Source: a virus | Taxonomy: Duplodnaviria; Caudoviricetes | Length of the DNA: 45,352 bases | Virus record (IMG/VR): IMGVR_UViG_3300012940_000043 | Coordinates: 1 to 45,352 of that record | Strand: one strand, 5' to 3' | Shown here: positions 14,909 to 24,763 of the stretch, piece by piece | Layout: each line of letters starts with the position of its first letter | How positions within the stretch are numbered: the stretch's first letter is position 1 | Notes under the pieces: generated by a model | What the model was told of the DNA's origin: nothing | Databases searched by the model: none | What the model saw: only the letters and a program-made list of their open reading frames with translations | Made by a program: the position numbers and the translations under genes

Positions 14909-16426
14909 GTGGCATCCGCCCAAGCGCGTTACGACGCGCTCGCCGCCGCCCGGTCCACCGTACTGGAGCGCGCGCGTGATGCCGCAAGGCTCACGATACC
15001 GGGGATCATCCCCGACGACGGGCAGAACGAGCACACCATCTTCAAGCAGCCGTACCAGTCGGTCGGCGCTCGTGGCGTGGCGAGCCTCGCCTCGCACCTT
15101 CTGCTCGCCCTCTTTCCCCCGAACCTCCCGTTCTTTCGCCTCTCCCTAGACGAGGAAGTCGCCAACGCCCTGGGCCAAGACCTGGGGCAGGCGAACGAGA
15201 AGCTCGCGCAGATCGGGCGCACCGTGCTCGGCCTCATGGAGGGGAACGCCCTCAGGACCGTCCTTATGGAAGTCCTGCGGCACCTCATCGTCGCCGGTAA
15301 CGTGCTCCTGCACGTCCCACTCGACGGGAAGAACGCTCGGCTGTTCCGCCTCGACCAGTACGTGGTCAAGAGGGACGCCGCCGGCCGCTACAGCGAGATC
15401 ATCGTGAAGGAGGAGGTCGACCCCTCGACCCTGTCCCCCGAGGTCCGCACCGCTGTCAGCCTGGACCTCCCAAGCAGCGCGACGGTGTCCGGCAAGATCG
15501 CCATCTACACCCGCGTCACGCGGGCCAACGGCCAAGTCCAGCACTACCAGGAGATCAAGGGCAAGGAAGTCCCCGGCTCCCGCGGGGGTTCACCCGAGGA
15601 TGTCGCCGGATGGTTCCCCCTCCGGTGGCTGGTGGTGCCCGGCTCCGACTACGGCCGGGGTCATGTGACCGAGGTCATCGGTGACCTGATGTCCCTCGAA
15701 GACCTGACCATGGCGATGGTCAAGTTCGCCGCTGAGGCGTCCCGTATCCTCCGCATCGTGGACCCGAACGCCGGGATCGACGTGGAGGAGCTGGCCTCCG
15801 CCGAGACCGGCGATTTCCTGACCGGCTACCGCGACCGCATCCAGACGCTTCAGCTCGAAAAGAGCCAGGACTGGCTGGTCATGAACCAGCTCGCCGAGCG
15901 CATCGAGAAGCGCGTCGAGAACTCCTTCCTCATCAGCTCCGGGCAAATCCGCGACGCCGAGCGCGTCACCGCGGAGGAGGTCCGCCTCGTGGCCCAGGAG
16001 TTGGAGACCGTGCTCGGCGGGACCTACACGGTCCTCTCAGCCGAGCTGCAGCTCCCCCTCACCAACCGCTACCTCTACATCGCCGGCCGGCGGGGAGTGA
16101 TCCCCCGGCTGCCAAAGACGATCACCCCCAAGGTGGTCACCGGCTTCGACGCCCTCGGCCGCGGTGCAGCGGTCAACCGCCTGCGCGCATGGCTGGGGGA
16201 CCTCCAAGCCACCTTCGGCAACGGCTGGCAGTCCTATGCTCGTGTGGATGAGATCATGCACCGGCTGGGTGAAGGCGTGGAGGATGTTGGCGGGATGATT
16301 AAGTCCGCCGACGAGCTGCAAGCAGACCAACAGAACGCCGCCCTCGCCGAGGCCGGCCGCGTCGCCGCGCCGCAGATCGCTAAGGCTGCGTTCGCGGAGG
16401 CACCCCAACAATCGGAACCAGCATGA
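14909..16426 (+). CDS. gp8: Portal (head-tail connector) protein
   Basis: YQSVGARGVASLAS, LFPPNLPFFRL, DYGRGHV, RDAERVTAEEVR. Confidence 0.96.
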   Translation: MASAQARYDALAAARSTVLERARDAARLTIPGIIPDDGQNEHTIFKQPYQSVGARGVASLASHLLLALFPPNLPFFRLSLDEEVANALGQDLGQANEKLAQIGRTVLGLMEGNALRTVLMEVLRHLIVAGNVLLHVPLDGKNARLFRLDQYVVKRDAAGRYSEIIVKEEVDPSTLSPEVRTAVSLDLPSSATVSGKIAIYTRVTRANGQVQHYQEIKGKEVPGSRGGSPEDVAGWFPLRWLVVPGSDYGRGHVTEVIGDLMSLEDLTMAMVKFAAEASRILRIVDPNAGIDVEELASAETGDFLTGYRDRIQTLQLEKSQDWLVMNQLAERIEKRVENSFLISSGQIRDAERVTAEEVRLVAQELETVLGGTYTVLSAELQLPLTNRYLYIAGRRGVIPRLPKTITPKVVTGFDALGRGAAVNRLRAWLGDLQATFGNGWQSYARVDEIMHRLGEGVEDVGGMIKSADELQADQQNAALAEAGRVAAPQIAKAAFAEAPQQSEPA

Positions 16427-16605
16427 CCCGTAAAGTCGAACAGGCCCCCGAGGCCGCCCCCGGCGTCTCCGCCGGCACCTCCGTCAGGACCAACGACAAG
16501 GTCGAGGTCCCCACCGCGCCCAAGATCGAGCACATCGAAGAGAAGCTCGGCAACGGCACCGTGGCCCGCACCTACGTCGGCCTCGCGCCGAACGCGGTGG
16601 CCTAA
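16423..16605 (+). CDS. Hypothetical protein (60 aa)
   Basis: ATGA overlap, lies between portal and scaffold. Confidence 0.65.
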   Translation: MTRKVEQAPEAAPGVSAGTSVRTNDKVEVPTAPKIEHIEEKLGNGTVARTYVGLAPNAVA

Positions 16606-16618
16606 GGTGGGCCTCTGA

Positions 16619-17533
16619 GTGAGCGATAACGCCGCTGCTGTTCAGGCAGCCGTCGAGTCCGGTGCGGCCCCTGACGCCTCTTACGTCGAGCGTATGGTCT
16701 CGGCGACCCCGCAGGAGCCCCGTGTGGCCACCCGCGAGGACCTCGACGCCGCCTTGCGCCCGTCCAACATCCCGGAGAAATTCTGGGACGCTAAGACCGG
16801 CCGCGTGAACGTGGACGCCATGGCTTCCGCTTACGCGGAGCTGGAGAGGCGGTTCAGCGCCTCCCGCCAGGAGAAGCCCCAGGCTTCCGAGGAGAAGCCC
16901 GGCGGGGAACCCCCCGCGGCCGGCAAGGTCACCATCGAGAAGAAGGACGGAGAGACGCCGGACGGCAATCAGCCGGACGAGACGGCTGACGCCCCGAACC
17001 CCGTGACATCCGCGGTCGAGGCCATCGCCAACGCCTACGCCGAGAAGGGCGAGGTGCCCGAGGAGGCCATCAAGTCTCTCGTGGACCTGGGCGTGCCAAA
17101 GCAGTTCATCGACGCCCACATCGCCGGCATCCAGGCGTTGGAGCAGCTCGCCGTCATGCGTGCCCACGAGGTCGCGGGCGGGGCCGAGACGTTCAACGCC
17201 GCCCTGCAATGGGGCTCGCAGAATCTCACCGACGCGGAGCTGAAGTCGTACAACGACATGGTCACCAACCCCGAGACCCAGCGTCAGGGGGTGGAGTGGC
17301 TGGTCTCGAAGTTCAGGTCAGCGAACCCCTCCGAGGGCTCCCTGATCCAGGCCGACGTCTCCGCCGGCCCCGGCGACGTCTACTCGTCGGAAACCCAGAT
17401 GACCGCGGACATGCGCGATCCGCGGTACGCCAAGGACCCGGCCTTCAGACAGCAAGTCGCCGAGAAGATCGCCCGGTCCAGGCAGGCCGGCACCCTCTCC
17501 ACGAGGGTACAGCACTACCGGGCCTCCCGTTAA
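16619..17533 (+). CDS. gp9: Capsid assembly scaffolding protein
   Basis: PEKF...AYAELE, AGG..FN..LQW, MRDPRYAKDPAFRQQVAEKI. Confidence 0.92.
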   Translation: MSDNAAAVQAAVESGAAPDASYVERMVSATPQEPRVATREDLDAALRPSNIPEKFWDAKTGRVNVDAMASAYAELERRFSASRQEKPQASEEKPGGEPPAAGKVTIEKKDGETPDGNQPDETADAPNPVTSAVEAIANAYAEKGEVPEEAIKSLVDLGVPKQFIDAHIAGIQALEQLAVMRAHEVAGGAETFNAALQWGSQNLTDAELKSYNDMVTNPETQRQGVEWLVSKFRSANPSEGSLIQADVSAGPGDVYSSETQMTADMRDPRYAKDPAFRQQVAEKIARSRQAGTLSTRVQHYRASR

Positions 17534-17718
17534 CTCATCCCCGCCCGGCGGGACCCATCGGCCTTCGGGCCGGTGGGAGCCGGGTCCAAGTTCTCTACTG
17601 CTCCAGAACAATCCAAAGCGGGGGGCCGGCTGCGGCTGATAACCCCCGACGACGCTGTGGACCCTGAGGCTGATGGGACAAGCAACCCCCTCAACCCCAC
17701 TCACAGACACCAAGTAAA

Positions 17719-18666
17719 ATGACCGACTCCACTCCGTCCCGTCCAGGTCAGAAGCAGGGCGGCTCGGACAACTACGAGCTGTACCTGGACCTCTTCGGCG
17801 GCGAAGTCCTCACCGCCTTCGAGACCAAGGTCATCATGCGCGACAAGCACATGGTGAAGACCTTGGAGAAGGGCAAGCAGTTCCGCTTCCCGGCCATCTG
17901 GCAGACGACCGCGGCCTACCACACCCCCGGCACGGAAATCCTGGGCAACCAGATTCCGTCGACCGAGATCGTGGTCTCGCCGGACGACAAGCTGATCGCC
18001 TCGGTGTTCATCGCGGACATCGATGAAATCCTGTCCCACTTCGAGTTCCGCTCGCCCTACGCCGCGGAGCTGGGCCACGCCCTGGCCAAGCACTACGACA
18101 GGAACGTCATCCGGCGCGTCATCCAGTCCGCCCGCGGCGGCGCTCTGTTCACTGGCGACACGGGCGGTTCGACCTTGATCAACGCGAACTACGACTCCGA
18201 CGCGACCGTGCTGTTCGACGGCATCAGCGACGCCAAGCTGACGATGGAGCAGAAGGACGTTCCCGTGGACGCCCAGCCTGTCTACGCGCTGTTCAAGCCG
18301 CTGCAGTTCTCGATGCTCGCGCGGTCGGACAAGAACCTGAACCGCGACTTCAACGGCGGCTCGGCGGACATCCGCCGGCAGTCGCTGACGACCATCGATG
18401 ACGTCGTGATCCTGAAGTCGAACAACACGCCCTACGGCGTTGACGACTCCGCGAACGCGAACATCCCGTCCAAGTACCGCGCCAGCTTCCTGAACACCAT
18501 CGGCGTCGTCTGGACCCCGATGGCCGCCGCTACCGCGGAGGTGCAGGGCCTGTCCTCGCAAGTCGTGGACCAGCCGCAGAAGCAGGGCTCCCTGATGATC
18601 TCCCGCCTGATGGTCGGCACGGACCCGCTGCGGTCCAAGTGCGCCGTCGAGCTGGCGGTCGCCTAA
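17719..18666 (+). CDS. gp10: Major capsid protein
   Basis: LYLDLFGGEVLTAF, GKQFRFP, YHTPG, ELGHALA, C-terminal LRSKCAVEL. Confidence 0.95.
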   Translation: MTDSTPSRPGQKQGGSDNYELYLDLFGGEVLTAFETKVIMRDKHMVKTLEKGKQFRFPAIWQTTAAYHTPGTEILGNQIPSTEIVVSPDDKLIASVFIADIDEILSHFEFRSPYAAELGHALAKHYDRNVIRRVIQSARGGALFTGDTGGSTLINANYDSDATVLFDGISDAKLTMEQKDVPVDAQPVYALFKPLQFSMLARSDKNLNRDFNGGSADIRRQSLTTIDDVVILKSNNTPYGVDDSANANIPSKYRASFLNTIGVVWTPMAAATAEVQGLSSQVVDQPQKQGSLMISRLMVGTDPLRSKCAVELAVA

Positions 18667-18716
18667 GCCACCCCTCTAGCCCTCTCGGGGGCTAGACGCG
18701 CTCAGCGCACTCCCCC

Positions 18717-18762
18717 GAGCCCCTACTAGGTAACCCCTGGTGGGGGCTCAGTTTTTTTTTTT
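18717..18762 (+). terminator. T-phi-like intrinsic terminator after the capsid gene
   Basis: 14-bp stem GAGCCCCTACTAGG/CCTGGTGGGGGCTC followed by 11 T. Confidence 0.9.
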
Positions 18763-18782
18763 CGCCACCGAGGGTTTGCCCC

Positions 18783-19409
18783 ATGTCCATGCTTACCCCA
18801 CTCACCGAGTTGGACGCGGTGAACGAGATGCTCATGAGCATCGGCCAAGCCCCCGTGTCCTCCCTGTCGGTGCCCGGCGATGTCGCTATCGCCCGCTCGC
18901 TCCTGACGCCCGTGGTCCGCTACGTCCAGCTCTATGGGTTCGAGTTCAACACCGATGAGGACTACACCCTAACGCCCGACGTCGATGGTCTCATCCATGT
19001 CCCCGAGGGCGTCCTGCGGTTGGACCCGATGGACCCCCGCCAGCGTCTGACGCCGCGGACCCACCCGACGTCCGGCCGGTGCCTGTGGGACCTCGCAAAC
19101 AGGACCTGGACCATGTCCGCGCCGGTCGACTGCCGGATAGTCTGGGCCTACGCCTTCGAGGACCTCCCGGAGTCCGCCAAGAATTACATCACGGTCGCCG
19201 CCTGCCGGCGCTTCCAGGCGAAGATGATCGGCTCCCGCGAGCTGGACCTCTACGAGGAAGCCGACGAGCAGCGCGCCTGGAACCTCCTGATCCGGGACGA
19301 GCGGGCCAACCGCGACACCAACTCGTTCCGCAAGAGCAAGTCCCTACAGAGCGCCCTGAACAGAACCGGCCGGGGCTACCCCTGGACCGGCGGTGAGGTG
19401 ACCGGGTGA
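18783..19409 (+). CDS. gp11: Tail tubular protein A
   Basis: TELDAVNEMLMSIGQAPV, GFEFNT, FEDLPESAKNYI. Confidence 0.93.
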   Translation: MSMLTPLTELDAVNEMLMSIGQAPVSSLSVPGDVAIARSLLTPVVRYVQLYGFEFNTDEDYTLTPDVDGLIHVPEGVLRLDPMDPRQRLTPRTHPTSGRCLWDLANRTWTMSAPVDCRIVWAYAFEDLPESAKNYITVAACRRFQAKMIGSRELDLYEEADEQRAWNLLIRDERANRDTNSFRKSKSLQSALNRTGRGYPWTGGEVTG

Positions 19410-21595
19410 GCCTAGTAACCGACACCCTTCCGGCGCTGTTCAACGGGGTCTCCCAGCAGAGCCCTGAGGTGCGCTCGAAGGACCAGCTCGAAGACCTCGT
19501 GAACGGCTGGGCGTCCATCGCGGACGGCGTCTCTAAGCGTGCTCCCACCGAGCACGTCGCCAAGCTGCTCGATAGCGCCCCGAGCAACGCCTACATCCAC
19601 ACCATCAACCGCGACGCCACCGAGCAGTACGTGGTCATTGTGGCCGGCGGAGTCATCCGGGTGTTCGATCTCAATGGGACCGAATACACCGTCAACGCCC
19701 CCGGTGGCTGGGACTACCTGTCGGGCATCGGGGACTACGGGACCCAGGTCTCGCTGTTCACCGTCGCCGACTACACGTTTGTCGTGAACCGGACCCGCGA
19801 GTGTCAGCTCAGTCCCCTCGCTGACGAGCTGGCGCGCACCCGCGACTACTACCTGTGGCTCAACCGCTCCTACGGCACCGACGAGAACGGCGTGCCCTAC
19901 GGCCCCGGCTACCCCTACCAGTACGCCCTGCCGGCGGGGAACGGCTTCCTGTTCAGCTCAGTCCAGAGCTTCGACAAGCTGCCCGACACCGCGGCGGATG
20001 GGGAGGTGTGGTTGGTCAAGGGAGACGAGACCACCCGGTTCGTCAGCTACTACGTCCGCAAGAACGGCAACGTCTGGGACGAGACCGTCTTCCCCGGCGA
20101 GGAGCACGTCCCCAACGCCCTGACCATGCCCCACGGGTTGGTCCGCGAGGGCGACAACACGTTCACCTTCGCGCCCTTCTCGTGGGCTCCGCGGCGGGTG
20201 GGCGACGGCAAGTCCAATCCGGACCCCGGCTTCCAAGGCCGGCGCATCCAGAAGGTGTTCTTCTACCAGAACCGCCTGTGCTTCCTGTACGACGAGAACG
20301 TCATCATGTCGTGCGTGGGGGACTTCGGGAACTTCTGGCGCAGCACCGTCCTGGACTACCTGGACAGCGACGTCATCGACACCTCCCCGACCACGACCAA
20401 GGTGGCGCTCCTTCAGGACGCCGCCGCGTTCAACGACGGGATCATCCTGACGTCGGACCAGACCCAGTTCTCCATGACCAACGGCGAGGCCGGTGTGAGC
20501 GCCGAGTCCATCGCCATCAAGCCCGTCACCAACTACTCGGTGAACATCCGGGCCGGGCTCGCGGAGCTGGGGTCGGAGGTCTACTACGCCACTGAGCAAG
20601 CCGGCTGGGCTTCGATCCGGGAATACACCCACGACTCCAGCACCGACGCGCTGTCGGCCGCCAACATCACCGGCCACGTCCCCCGCTACATCCCCGCGGG
20701 CGTCCACAGGATTGTCCCCGCGGACGACCTGAACGCCCTGTTCGTGCTGACCTCCGGGGCCAACACCTCGGTCTACGTCTACCAGTTCTACTGGGTGAGC
20801 GACCAGGAGAAGGCCCAGAGCGCGTGGCATCGCTGGGACATGGGAGCCCCCGTGGTCTCCGCCGCGTACCTGCGGGGTTGCCTCTACGTGCTCATGGCGC
20901 GTGGCGACGGGCTGTGCCTGGAGAAGATCGACCTGACCTCCGGGGCCAAGCCGACCCAGACGGGCCATCAGGTCTACGTCGACCGGCGCGCGGTGCTCGT
21001 GGCTAGCAGCTACAACTCCGCCTCCGACCGGACGGTCTTCACCCTCCCCTACTCCCCTGAGCAAGGTCCCTACCGGCTCATCGTGGGCGAGGCGTGGTCG
21101 ACCCAGGAGATGCGGCTGCTCGACCCGTCGACCTACGAGTGGATCGGCCCCAATCAGGTCCAGGTCCCCGGCAACTGGACGGGCGGCGCGTTCATCGGCG
21201 GCACCGCCTACACGTTCCGCCTGCAGTTCTCCCAACAGTACGCCCGCAAGCGGGACGGGTCGGCGGTCAACACCGGCCGGCTGCAGCTCCGCACCTGGAC
21301 GGTCTCCTACAAGGACACCGCCTACTTCCAGACCCAGGTCGCCCCCTACGGGGACGCCTACGGGACGGACTATGCGGACGTGATCCCCTCGAAGCTCATG
21401 AGCTTCACTGGGCGGGTGGTGGGCGACAGCGACCTCATCCTCAACAGACCCTCCTTCCATACCGGGACCTACAGCTTCCAGGTCCAGGGGAACTCCAAAC
21501 AGGCGACCATCGCCATCGAGAACGACAGCCACGTCGGCTCGACGTTCATCTCGGCGGAGTGGGAAGGCTTCTACTGGAACCGCGCCTCCGCATGA
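19406..21595 (+). CDS. gp12: Tail tubular protein B
   Basis: LFNGVSQQ, TVADYTFVVN, FFYQNRL, QSAWHRW, SAEWEG. Confidence 0.94.
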   Translation: MSLVTDTLPALFNGVSQQSPEVRSKDQLEDLVNGWASIADGVSKRAPTEHVAKLLDSAPSNAYIHTINRDATEQYVVIVAGGVIRVFDLNGTEYTVNAPGGWDYLSGIGDYGTQVSLFTVADYTFVVNRTRECQLSPLADELARTRDYYLWLNRSYGTDENGVPYGPGYPYQYALPAGNGFLFSSVQSFDKLPDTAADGEVWLVKGDETTRFVSYYVRKNGNVWDETVFPGEEHVPNALTMPHGLVREGDNTFTFAPFSWAPRRVGDGKSNPDPGFQGRRIQKVFFYQNRLCFLYDENVIMSCVGDFGNFWRSTVLDYLDSDVIDTSPTTTKVALLQDAAAFNDGIILTSDQTQFSMTNGEAGVSAESIAIKPVTNYSVNIRAGLAELGSEVYYATEQAGWASIREYTHDSSTDALSAANITGHVPRYIPAGVHRIVPADDLNALFVLTSGANTSVYVYQFYWVSDQEKAQSAWHRWDMGAPVVSAAYLRGCLYVLMARGDGLCLEKIDLTSGAKPTQTGHQVYVDRRAVLVASSYNSASDRTVFTLPYSPEQGPYRLIVGEAWSTQEMRLLDPSTYEWIGPNQVQVPGNWTGGAFIGGTAYTFRLQFSQQYARKRDGSAVNTGRLQLRTWTVSYKDTAYFQTQVAPYGDAYGTDYADVIPSKLMSFTGRVVGDSDLILNRPSFHTGTYSFQVQGNSKQATIAIENDSHVGSTFISAEWEGFYWNRASA

Positions 21596-22089
21596 TCCTG
21601 TTTCAGGACCTCCGCGGGGTGGACCCGGCGGCCCTCGTGGTCACGGTCTCCCACCTCGCGGAGAACCTCCGCCCGTCCGACCTGGACGAGATCGCAGCCG
21701 TCTCCGACTTGGAGCCCTTCGTGGCCCTGATGGAGGCGGTGGCGGTCTCCGACAGGGTCTGGACTATCGTCTCCGATGAGACCCCCATCGCCGTCTTCGG
21801 CTGCGCCCCCGCGGGCGACGGCACCGGCTACGTATGGATGGTTGGCACCCCCGCCATGGACCAACCGTCCAACGCCATCGGCATCCTCCGGGCCACCCGC
21901 CCGTACCTCGCCGAGATGCACCAAGTTTACTCCTGCCTCTGGAACAACATCGACGCGCGCAACGTGCGCTCCATCCGATGGCTCCAGTGGGCGGGCTTCT
22001 CCATCATCGACGCCCATCCCCGGTTCGGCCGGCAGGGGCTCCCCTTCCTCACCTTCGCCAGGATTGAACCATGTGTCTCCCAGCAATAG
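21592..22089 (+). CDS. gp13: gp13-like protein (GNAT-like fold)
   Basis: LRPSDLDEI...VWMVGT...LWNNIDARN..SIRWLQWAGF, ATGA overlap with gp12. Confidence 0.85.
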   Translation: MILFQDLRGVDPAALVVTVSHLAENLRPSDLDEIAAVSDLEPFVALMEAVAVSDRVWTIVSDETPIAVFGCAPAGDGTGYVWMVGTPAMDQPSNAIGILRATRPYLAEMHQVYSCLWNNIDARNVRSIRWLQWAGFSIIDAHPRFGRQGLPFLTFARIEPCVSQQ

Positions 22090-22610
22090 GCGCGGGTCTC
22101 GCCGCCATCGGCAGCGCCCTGGCGTCCCCTGTGGGCATCGGCGCGATGGCCGTCCTAGGCGGCGCGTCGGCCGTTGGTAGCGTGCTCTCCCAACGTGCCG
22201 CGGCGAGCGCCCAAGAGAGGGCCATCAACCTTCAGCTCCAGCAGCAGGACCAGCAAATCGGCGACCAGCAGGCCGCCGAGATCAACGACCAGCTCCGTGC
22301 CGCACGTCGTGAGCAGGCCCGGATCAAGGTTGCGGCCGGTGAGGCCGGGCTACAGCTTGGCGGCTCCGTCGAGGCGCTACTGCAGGACAGCCTGATGCAG
22401 GCCGGCCTGTCCATCGGCCGGATCGACACCAACGCCGACAACATGCGGGCTTCCGCCCGCGCCCAGGCGGACTCCCTGATGTCCCGCTTCCAGAAGCCCA
22501 CGATCCTCGGGTCGGGTCTGGAGATCGCAAGCGGCATCGCCAAGGGCTACGCCACCGGCAAGAGCCTGCAGCTCTCCCGCACCTCCACCGCAATGAAAGC
22601 CGCCGGCTAA
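22071..22610 (+). CDS. gp14: Internal virion protein (gp14-like)
   Basis: MC.P N-terminus, Ala/Gln-rich, AAGEAGL.G.SV motif, synteny. Confidence 0.8.
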   Translation: MCLPAIGAGLAAIGSALASPVGIGAMAVLGGASAVGSVLSQRAAASAQERAINLQLQQQDQQIGDQQAAEINDQLRAARREQARIKVAAGEAGLQLGGSVEALLQDSLMQAGLSIGRIDTNADNMRASARAQADSLMSRFQKPTILGSGLEIASGIAKGYATGKSLQLSRTSTAMKAAG

Positions 22611-22613
22611 CAC

Positions 22614-24749
22614 ATGCCCAACTTAGCGGACACCCCCACCCGTCGACAGCGGGCGGAGCGGATCACCCAGAACCGGGACACCGTCCTCCCACGCGCCCGT
22701 AACACCGACCAGCCCCACCTGGGCGTCTTCGCGGACATGCGCGACGCCTACCGCGGCGACAGCGTGGCGGAGACCCGCCGCGCCCTCGGGATGCTCAACG
22801 AGACGGTGGCTGATCTGGGACAGGCCAGCAACATCGACGCGGCCATCCGTGCCCCCGCCGAGGCCGGCCGCGCATCCCTCGACGCCGCCGCCGGTAAGCC
22901 GGCCGACCCGGTCATGGCCAAGTCCCTGGCCTACCAGGAGACGTACTACAAGACCAAGGCCGAGGCCGACCTCAACTCGTGGCAGAACGATACCGCCACG
23001 GCGTTGCAGGACATCATCGACAAGGGCGGGAGCCCCGGCGATGTCCATGAGGAGCTGATGAAGCGGGTGGCGTCGTTCCGCGACGCGGCGCTCCAGAAGT
23101 ACCCCACCGCCACCGCCCGCGCTCTCGTGGGCCAGGGGATGGCGAGGTTCGCCTCCGACCTGGACGTCCGGGTGGCCCAGCAGTTCAAGACCAAGACCGA
23201 CCAGGACATGCTGGACACCATTGGCTCCAACCTCATCGCGAGCCTTGACCGGGGCCACATGCTCACCCAGGCGGCCATCCAGCCGGACCCCCTGAAGGTC
23301 CCCCTGAACGCCCCCGTAGGTTCCCCCTCGGGTGTCCCGATGGTCGGCCCGAACGCCCCCCGCGGTCTACGCAACAACAACCCGCTGAACGTCAGCGAGC
23401 TGGGCGGCGGGAAGAAGTGGGACGGCCAGACAGGCAACGATGGGCGCTACCCGAAGTTCGCCACCATCGACAAGGGCTTCGCCGCCGCCGACGACAACCT
23501 CCTGGCCTACGCCAAGAGGCACGGCATCTCGACCCTGAGGGGCATCATCAGCCGCTGGGCTCCGCGCTCTGAGAACGACACCGCGGCGTACATCCGCACG
23601 GTGGCTGGTGACCTTGGCATCGGCGCTGACCAGAAGCTCGACCTCCTCGACCCCGACGTGCGCCGCAAGGTTCTCCTGTCGATGGCAAAGGTGGAGACCG
23701 GGCAGGACATCACTCCGTACCTGGGCCAGGGCGCTGACCAGCCGGTCACCGCCGAGCAACCCGTGGTCGGCCCGCATGGCCCCACCTGGGGCATCGGCGG
23801 GGCCTTCGAGCAGGCGCTCGCCCAGGCCCGCGCCGCTGGGCTCGACCCGAAGAAGGCGAAGGACAGCCTCCGCGCCGCGGTCATCGTCTGGGGCACCAAT
23901 CCCGACGACCCGCACCCGGACGAGCTGCAGACGCTGCTCTACAGCACTCAGGCTGACGGTAAGACCCCGAGCCTCTCCCCCGCGGAGATGTCCCAGGTCC
24001 AAGAAGCGGTCATCACCGCCCGTGCCCTACAAGACCGCCTCGACAAGAAGGTCAGGGAGGACAAGGCCAAGGCGCTGGACAAGACCCTGTTCGACGCCCT
24101 GGGCACCGGCCACGACATGTCGCCGGCCATCGAGGCTGCCGTCCACGACGGCACCCTCTCCGCGGCCGAGGGCGTGGCGTGGAAGAACCGCTTCCAGTCC
24201 GACCTCAACGAGCAGCTCTCGGGCCGCGAGAACTGGCAGACCGTCTCTGGATTCCGGCTCCGCCTGACCGAGGCGAATGTCGACATCCCCCGCGTCCGCG
24301 AGGAGATCGCCCAGGCGTACAACCACGGCCAGCTCGGTACGGGAAAGGCCGCCGCCAACGCCTTCGTCTCCCTGATGCAGGCCACCAGCGAGCGCCGCGC
24401 TATGAACAGCGCCGACGCCAACACCGGCCGGGACTACCTAAATCAGGTCATCCGCCCTGACTCGGAGGTCCTGCGCGGGAACCAGCCGGTGGCGACCGTC
24501 TACTTCCAGGCGCTCCGCACCTACGAGCAGATCGTCTCCCAGGGCAAGCCGCCCATGGAGGCGGCCGACAACGTCATCTCCAAGTTCCAGCCCGTGCTGG
24601 ACAAGTGGATGAACGGCCGGCCCGCGCCCACGCCGGCCCCGGCGGCGAACGCCGCGGTGCCCCACCCAGCCACCAACGAGGCAGCCGCCGCCCTGATCCG
24701 CAAGCAGGCGGAGGAGCGTGCGCGCCTGCTCCGTCAGTTGAAGCACTAG
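22614..24749 (+). CDS. Internal virion protein (gp15-like) with an inserted lysozyme-like domain
   Basis: Synteny, plus central RGLRNNNPLN...TLRGIISRWAPRSENDTAAY...MAKVE segment. Confidence 0.78.
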   Translation: MPNLADTPTRRQRAERITQNRDTVLPRARNTDQPHLGVFADMRDAYRGDSVAETRRALGMLNETVADLGQASNIDAAIRAPAEAGRASLDAAAGKPADPVMAKSLAYQETYYKTKAEADLNSWQNDTATALQDIIDKGGSPGDVHEELMKRVASFRDAALQKYPTATARALVGQGMARFASDLDVRVAQQFKTKTDQDMLDTIGSNLIASLDRGHMLTQAAIQPDPLKVPLNAPVGSPSGVPMVGPNAPRGLRNNNPLNVSELGGGKKWDGQTGNDGRYPKFATIDKGFAAADDNLLAYAKRHGISTLRGIISRWAPRSENDTAAYIRTVAGDLGIGADQKLDLLDPDVRRKVLLSMAKVETGQDITPYLGQGADQPVTAEQPVVGPHGPTWGIGGAFEQALAQARAAGLDPKKAKDSLRAAVIVWGTNPDDPHPDELQTLLYSTQADGKTPSLSPAEMSQVQEAVITARALQDRLDKKVREDKAKALDKTLFDALGTGHDMSPAIEAAVHDGTLSAAEGVAWKNRFQSDLNEQLSGRENWQTVSGFRLRLTEANVDIPRVREEIAQAYNHGQLGTGKAAANAFVSLMQATSERRAMNSADANTGRDYLNQVIRPDSEVLRGNQPVATVYFQALRTYEQIVSQGKPPMEAADNVISKFQPVLDKWMNGRPAPTPAPAANAAVPHPATNEAAAALIRKQAEERARLLRQLKH

Positions 24750-24763
24750 CAGTAAGGATGTGA

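Noticed and set aside
18630-18720. T7 gp10B-type capsid frameshift extension
   Set aside because: No slippery sequence near the stop, and a terminator follows immediately.
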